Positions 57,281-64,000 of a stretch of DNA of 64,000 bases are shown piece after piece (within the stretch, counting starts at the first letter, position 1; each line of letters starts with the position of its first letter). Position numbers and translations under genes: made by a program. The notes under the pieces were generated by a model, which was not told the DNA's origin, did not search any database, and saw only the letters and a list, made by a program, of their open reading frames with translations. Source of the DNA: Octopus vulgaris. Lineage: Eukaryota. The DNA lies in contig OX597821.1 of NCBI GenBank assembly GCA_951406725.2, positions 97,092,001-97,156,000 of the forward strand, in the 5' to 3' direction.

Positions 57281-57489
57281 ATAGCTGATATACTTGCGCG
57301 TACAAATGCACGTTCCCACGGCTTTATCGATCGCATTCTCACCTGGAATCGATTTTTGTAATTTTTTCAAGACTTATGCACGCCCTGATACCGTCGGTAT
57401 TTACATATCAAATTTCAGCGCAATCGGATGGAGGATGCCCGAGATCCTAGAAGACACACACACATCACACAAAACGGATTTTATATAAC

Positions 57490-57492
<3 letters not shown>
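57281..57492 (-). mobile_element. Short non-autonomous Helitron-like element
   Basis: Minus strand begins tctgttatataaaatccg, has internal ccgattgcgctgaaattt, and ends tatcagctat (CTAG decayed). Confidence 0.5.
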
Positions 57493-57559
<67 letters not shown>

Positions 57560-57563
<4 letters not shown>

Positions 57564-57763
57564 TGTGACCTCGTCTGTATCACTAGCGATTTTTTTCCCC
57601 TGTCTTCCCTTCTCGGGATCTTTCCTTCTCCTATGTTTCCGACGAAGAGCTCCGCTCGAAACGTCAAACGTCTTCCCTTCTTTCCTGAGCGTCCAATAAT
57701 ACTTTATTTGTTCCACGTCCTTGCGTTGTTGTTTTTTTGTTTTTGTTTTCTTGTTTGGATTAA

Positions 57764-57770
<7 letters not shown>
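57560..57770 (+). mobile_element. Penelope-like terminal fragment with hammerhead-like motif
   Basis: atgttt-ccgacga-a-gagctccgctc-gaaacgtc-aaacgt at 57633-57671, followed by the ttcctgagcg motif also seen at about 16708. Flanked by (TA)n. Confidence 0.7.
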
Positions 57771-57807
<37 letters not shown>

Positions 57808-58129
57808 CACACATACGCACACATACAAATACACGCGCAATGTATAGAAATACATCACATGCATTATAATGGTTCCTAACCTAGACAGAAGTTCAAGAAG
57901 GTCCCGATGAATATTTAACAACTGAGTGCAAAGGACTAAATCATTGACCTAAACAGGGTTCGAAATCGGCATGTAGATGAACGTAGCTTAGCATCGCACC
58001 GCACGTTGTCCGATGCTCTACATACTCCAAATATTAATATTCTGTTCTGCAGGCATGACGCCACAGATTGTGAGCGAGATGGAAAGTAAAGTAATTTATC
58101 GGTTTCACTACTTGACTGATGCTTATTTT

Positions 58130-58516
58130 GTGGAGGCGCAATGGCCCAGTGGTTAGGGCAGCGGACTCGCGGTCGTAGGATCGCGATTTCGATTCCCAGA
58201 TCGGGCGTTGTGAGTGTTTATTGTCGAAAACACCTAAAAGCTCCACGAGGCTCCGGCAGGGATGGTGGTGATCCCTGCTGTACTCTTTCACCACAACTTT
58301 CTCTCACTCTTACTTCCTGTTTCTGTTGTACCTGTATTTCAAAGGGCCGGCCTTGTCACTCTCTGTGTCACGCTGAATATCCCCGAGAACTACGTTAATG
58401 GTACACGTGTCTGTGGAGTGCTCAGCCACTTACACGTTAATTTCACGAGCAGGCTGTTCCGTTGATTCGGATCAACGGGAACCCTCGTCGTCGTAACCGA
58501 CGGAGTGCTTCCATCC
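58130..58516 (+). mobile_element. Full-length tRNA-derived SINE
   Basis: A box tggcccagtgg, B box tttcgattccc, 11 bp TSD atgcttatttt (58119-58129 and 58517-58527). Second copy at 61145. Confidence 0.9.
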
Positions 58517-58598
58517 ATGCTTATTTTATCGTTCTGGGAGAAGATGGGAGACCAACCGAACACGGTCTGGATTTGAACTCAAAAACGATTTAAATACC

Positions 58599-58829
58599 TA
58601 TTTCTTTACTACCCACAAGGGGCTAAACACAGAGGAGACAAACATGGACAGACATAGGTATTAAGTCGATTACATCGACCCCAGTGCGTAACTGGTACTT
58701 ATTTAATCGACCCCGCAAGGATGAAAGGCAAAGTCGACCTCAGCGGAATTTGAACTCAGAACGTAGCGACAGATGAAATACGGCTACGCATTTCGCCCGG
58801 CGCGCTAACGTTTCTGCCAGCTCGCCGCC
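58599..58829 (-). mobile_element. Young Deu/Nin SINE, full length
   Basis: 9 bp TSD ttaaatacc/ttagatacc (58590-58598 and 58830-58838). Confidence 0.9.
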
Positions 58830-59011
58830 TTAGATACCGCAAAGCCATTTGCCTGGTTATCCTATCAATTTTAGCATTGCCCTGACCTTGAATGCGAGCG
58901 TATATGTGCGTGCAAGTGCGTGTGTGTATGTGTATACAGGCGCACACACACACATAGAGAGAGAGAAAGAGTGTGACGGAGACAGAGAGACAGAAAGATA
59001 AACACGCAGAT

Positions 59012-59151
59012 GCCGAGGTCGACTTTGCCTTTCATCCGTACCTTTCATTAAGTACCAGTTACGCACTGGGGTCGATGTAATCGAATTAATCGTCTTGTCT
59101 GTCCTTGTTTGTCCCCTCTGTGTTTAGCCCCTTGTGGGTAATAAAGAAATA
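59012..59151 (+). mobile_element. 5'-truncated young Deu/Nin SINE
   Basis: gccgaggtcgactttgcctttcatcc...ccccttgtgggtaataaagaaata. Confidence 0.85.
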
Positions 59152-59250
59152 TATATATATATATATACGTGTTTATATACACATACATATATACATATAT
59201 TATAGATAAACGTATGTGTGTGTATATATATATACATTTATTATAGATGA

Positions 59251-59313
<63 letters not shown>

Positions 59314-59619
59314 GTTACGGAATACACCTTGTGGCTAACCTAGTTGAGTCATACAAGTTTTATTTTATTATTTATATTTGGAAGGTTCGTTGTCTAATGG
59401 ACAAACACGTTTTTTTCACAATGGGAACACGGCGATGAGTTACAACTTACCGACTTCACTCACTACTGCAGTTTAAACTATGAAGCAACCAGTTGGTTTC
59501 GTCTCTCTCCACGTCTGCTTTTAATCAATTCAGTTTTATCCATCCATTCATTCATTCATTTATTCATTCATTCAGTCATTCATCCATTCATTCCATTGAC
59601 ACACGCAAATACGCAAACC

Positions 59620-59650
<31 letters not shown>

Positions 59651-59989
59651 GGGCATACTCACACGCATACTCACACGCATACTCACTAACACATGTGTAT
59701 ACACGTGCGCGCCGTTATCAATATGTAATATGCAAAACTGTTCCCGGCTCAGTTGGAAGTAATTTAGAATGGAGAACAGGTCAAAATTATAAATCAATAA
59801 TGTTTTAAGGGGCTGTGAATGTCAAGTTAAATTCACAACATTGTGGATTTAGTTATATCTCTTTGCATTCTGACCTCTGGAGACCTTTGCCTTTTATTTA
59901 TTTATTTTTTTATTTAAATACAAGGCTAGCTATTTTGATGGTGAGGGAAGAATTAGGTGACTGTATCGAGCCCAGTATTTGACGGTACT

Positions 59990-60220
59990 GGCGGCGAGCT
60001 GGCAGAAACGTTAGCACGCCGGGCGAAATGCTTAGCGGTATTTCGTCTGCCGTTACGTTGTGAGTTCAAATTCCGACGAGGTCGACTTTGCCCTTCATCC
60101 TTTCGGGGTCGATAAATTAAGTACCAGTTACGCACTGGGGTCGATGTAATCGACTTAATACCTATGTCTGTCCTTGTTTGTCTCCTCTGTGTTTAGCCCC
60201 TTGTGGGTAATAAAGAAATA
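59990..60220 (+). mobile_element. Young Deu/Nin SINE, full length, inside an older inverted copy
   Basis: TSD ggtact (59984-59989 and 60221-60226). Confidence 0.9.
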
Positions 60221-60333
60221 GGTACTTTATTTTATGCATCTCGAAAGAATGAAAGACAAATATACACGACGGCAAGATTTGAACTCAGAAGGTAAAGAGC
60301 TAGAATTATAAAGGATTTTAATTTAAGTACAAG

Positions 60334-60494
60334 CAGGGCCGGCTCAAGGTACCGGCACCTCGGGCAGTCACCCGGGACGCAGTGTGCTTTTTAGTCTACA
60401 TTTTCAGTTTTTTTCCTTGTGAAAGTTTTTAAACATTATACTTATAAGGGCGCCGAAGTTCAGCTTGCCCGGGGCGCCAGCAACCCTAGGGCCG
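60334..60494. mobile_element. hAT-like MITE, right end truncated
   Basis: Left end cagggccggc, subterminal gcccgggg/gggcgcc motifs, right end ctagggccg. Confidence 0.55.
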
Positions 60495-61144
60495 AAATTT
60501 GGAAGGCAATGGGTTACTCGATATTTTCGGGTTCAGTACGTGACTGGTACCCGAAAGGATGAAAATTAAAACTGACCTTGGTAAGATTTGAACTCAAAAT
60601 GTATAAGATCCAGAAATAAATGGTTTCTGTGAGAACATAAAATGCCGAGAAAAATGCCGCTAAGCATTTTATTCGACGCGCTAACGGTTCTGTCAGCTCT
60701 CTGCCTTAATAGATTAGTTTGGGCAAAAAGACAGCAAATTTAAGTGTATCGCGAAAGGTCTGGCTGGAGGCCCAACCTTCCGAGTTCCTTTACGGGGCTT
60801 AGAAAAAAATGAAAGACTGCTGCAATAAGTGTGTGAAGCTGTGAGGGGTATATGTTGAATAAAATTATAATTAACTGATCCTTTTGTGTTTTCTTTTACC
60901 CAAAACGAGGAACTTTCCAGCACCCACTCGTAGTTTAGACACATAACCAGTAATTTTGAGGAGCTGGGGTTAGTCGATACTTTCAATCCCAATACATGAC
61001 AGCTACTTTTCTTTAGCAAACCCGGAAGATAAAACTCAGTTGACCCTGACAGGATTTGAACTTACAACAATTCTTCAACAATTCTACCAACTCGTTGCTT
61101 TTCGATGTTTATATGAAACATTAATCTTGATTTAGTCCACTGTG

Positions 61145-61529
61145 TGGAAGTGAAATGGCCCAGTGGTTAGGGCAGCGGACTCGCGGTCGTAGGATCGCGG
61201 TTTCGATTCCCAGACCGGGCGTTGTGAGTGTTTATTGAGCGAAAACACCTAAAGCTCCACGAGGCCTTCCGGCAGGTATGGTGGTGATCCCTGCTGTACT
61301 CTTTCACCACAACTTTCTCTCACTCTTACTTCCTGTTTCTGTTGTACCTGTATTTCAAAGGGCCGGCCTTGTCACTTTCTGTATCACGCTGAATATCCTC
61401 GAGAACTACGTTAAGGGTACACGTGTCTGTGGAGTGCTCAGCCACTTACACGTTAATTTCACGAGCAGGCTGTTCCGTTGATCGGATCAATCGGAACCCT
61501 CATCGTCGTAACCGACGGAGTGCTTCCAC
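61145..61529 (+). mobile_element. Full-length tRNA-derived SINE, same family as 58130
   Basis: 11 bp TSD agtccactgtg (61134-61144 and 61530-61540). Confidence 0.9.
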
Positions 61530-61637
61530 AGTCCACTGTGCTACCCGCTACGCGAATCTATGGTTTTGGTGTGCTTGAACAAGCAGAATTAGCAAAGCAC
61601 CGGAATTTCATCTGACCGTCTGTGTTCTACGCTATGA

Positions 61638-61870
61638 GCTACGTGGCTTAGTGTTTAGGTTGTTGCAGTCATGATCGTAAGATTATGGTTTCGATTCCTG
61701 GACCGGGTGATATGTTGTGTTCTTGAGCAAAACACTTCGTTTCACATTACTCCAGTCCACTCAGCCGGCAAAACTGAATAATTATGCGATGACTGCGTCC
61801 CGTTCAGAAAGATGGAAATTATGCACGTCACAGAATCCGAAAAATCGGCTTTATGAGCGCATAACCCGGG
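61638..61870 (+). mobile_element. tRNA SINE, family of 25820-26052
   Basis: gtggcttagtg head and gtgttcttgagcaaaacacttc.tttcac.tt.ctccagtccactcag body. Confidence 0.75.
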
Positions 61871-61972
61871 AAGAATATTTGAGCTTTCACGTTCTGACTT
61901 CAAATCCTATTGGGGTCAAAAAATAAAGTACCAGTCGATTACTGGGGTCAATGGTACCGACTAACACCCACC

Positions 61973-62202
61973 GGCGAGCTGGCAGAAACGTTAGCACGCC
62001 GGGCGAAATGCTTAGCAGCGGTATTTCGTCTGCGTTATGTTGTGAGTTCGAATTCCGACGAGGTCGACTTTGCCTTTCATCCTTTCGGGGTCGATAAATT
62101 AAGTACCAGTTACGCACTGGGGTCGATGTAATCGACTTAATACCTATGTCTGTCCTTGTTTGTCCCCTCTGTATTTAGCCCCTTGTGGGTAATAAAGAAA
62201 TA
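61973..62202 (+). mobile_element. Young Deu/Nin SINE inside an older copy
   Basis: 20 bp TSD ggtaccgactaacacccacc (61953-61972 and 62203-62222). Confidence 0.9.
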
Positions 62203-62891
62203 GGTACCGACTAACACCCACCCCTCAAAAACTTCTGGTTTTCCGACAATATTAGAAACTGTTATCAAATTGGACGGTAGAAACTGTAGACTGCTGGAAT
62301 AAAAGTTTTGCAGCTACAGTATATTTAGTTATGTCCCTTCATCTCGCGGGCGGATAAGTCAAGTTGTGTCTAATGAATAGACTGTAAGCCAAAAAATTTA
62401 ACCTTGTGCCTACTATTAGGGATGGGTTGATAGCAGACTCGGCAGAGCGCCAGAGAGTCAGAGAAAAAAATATCTAACAGTATTTAATTTCGTTCTCAAC
62501 TGGGTCGATGTTGCTTGTTATGCTTCTACTTTCAACAAAACATATACCAGTTATATTCTGTAAGTCGTATCGATTCGACTGTAAAATCTATATGTGTATG
62601 TACGATTGCTATTGCATTTATCAATGGCGGAGAACTAGAAGGACATTTCGATCACAGTAACATGATTTTGAACACACAACGTCAGGGGAACGTAATTAAC
62701 TACGCGACAGATTGTTTCTTCTATTTCACCGTTCTTCTGTTTGTTTGTTTCATTCATTTATAAAATATCTGATATTGTAGAAGAGTTGAAATTAAAATTC
62801 CCAACGGGTAAACGTTTGATACAAAAGCGATGTTCTCCAGAGACCTGACAATTTAACCATGAGTAGAATGTCATGAGAATAAATCTCTTGC

Positions 62892-62981
<90 letters not shown>

Positions 62982-63753
62982 CATTATTATTATTATTATT
63001 TCTATTCCCCTCCAGTGACTAGATTAAGTTTTTAATGAACTGGCGGTATTTATATCGATTAATTTCAAATAAGAACGATTTCAATATGATGTACCGTGAT
63101 TAATTCTTTAAGCAAATCAACTTTAGCTCGAATAATAAGTACGGACCAACGAGAGAACCTCTAAGCGGTCGCTTGCCTTGCTAGAAATAGCCCTGCCGAT
63201 TTAATAAAAAAGTTACTTTGGATAATGTAGTCGTAGATACACTATTCTTAGATGTGGTGATGAATGTGATCAGAATCAAGAGAGCAGAGGATATGAATAC
63301 ACTGAATAGGCCTTCGAAAAGATATACTGCTGTTCGATAATTCTGCAAAACCCTTTGTGGCTTCAGTAAAAGCAACAGACAAAAGAAACAGCGGATCTGC
63401 TAGTCTGTGGTTATAGAGTGTTTCTGAAAATGGTGAGTGAGTGAGTGAGTGTCGTTAGTGGCAACGATGAGTGAGTCGGCATTGATAAATTGATGGCAAC
63501 GGTGGATTAAATATCTTGCGATAGTTGCTTACGTAGCTGTATTCTGTGAGTTCGAATTTCATAATGAGCGATTTTCCTTTTTATCTTTTTGAAGTTGATA
63601 CAATAAAGAACCAGTTAACTAATCAAGAAGGTTTAATTAACTGCATCACACCTCTAAATCTGAGGCTGTGTATCCAAGTGAGAAATGACATTATTCATTC
63701 TATTACTGTTCGGTCACACTTGAGTGAATGGTGCACGGCTCAAAATTTACTCT

Positions 63754-63804
<51 letters not shown>

Positions 63805-63966
63805 ACACACATACATACATACATACATACATACATACACACATACACACACACACATACGTACATACATACATACATACATGCATACATACGTACGTAC
63901 GTACACACACACACACACATACGTACATACATACATACATACATACATACATACATACATACACAC

Positions 63967-63997
<31 letters not shown>

Positions 63998-64000
63998 TAC

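Noticed and set aside
58131-58210. tRNA gene (also 61146-61225 and other SINE heads)
   Set aside because: A and B boxes continue into a shared SINE body with TSDs, and no complete cloverleaf could be built.

Overview
AT-rich eukaryotic DNA saturated with microsatellites ((TA)n, (CA)n, (TATG)n, (AAT)n, (GGT)n, (GAT)n) and interspersed repeats. The repeat complement resembles an octopus (coleoid cephalopod) genome; this is recognition from memory, not a database result. No intact protein-coding gene is visible, and nearly all ORF-track entries are microsatellite or SINE artefacts. One candidate first coding exon (2866-2931, +) may open a very large intron. Supportable content: four tRNA-derived SINE families; R4/Dong-type retrotransposon remnants in (TAA)n tracts; a Tx1/L1-like 3' end; Penelope-like fragments with minimal hammerhead-ribozyme folds; a deleted Tc1/mariner element; three non-autonomous Helitrons; several MITEs; a local duplication; and many fold-backs. 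Main leads: a Deu/Nin-type SINE that repeatedly inserts at GGTA sites, including inside its own family, and shares its tail with a Tx1-like LINE; variant-core hammerheads; and a bipartite mini-R4/Dong element. All alignments were made by eye, so boundaries are approximate.
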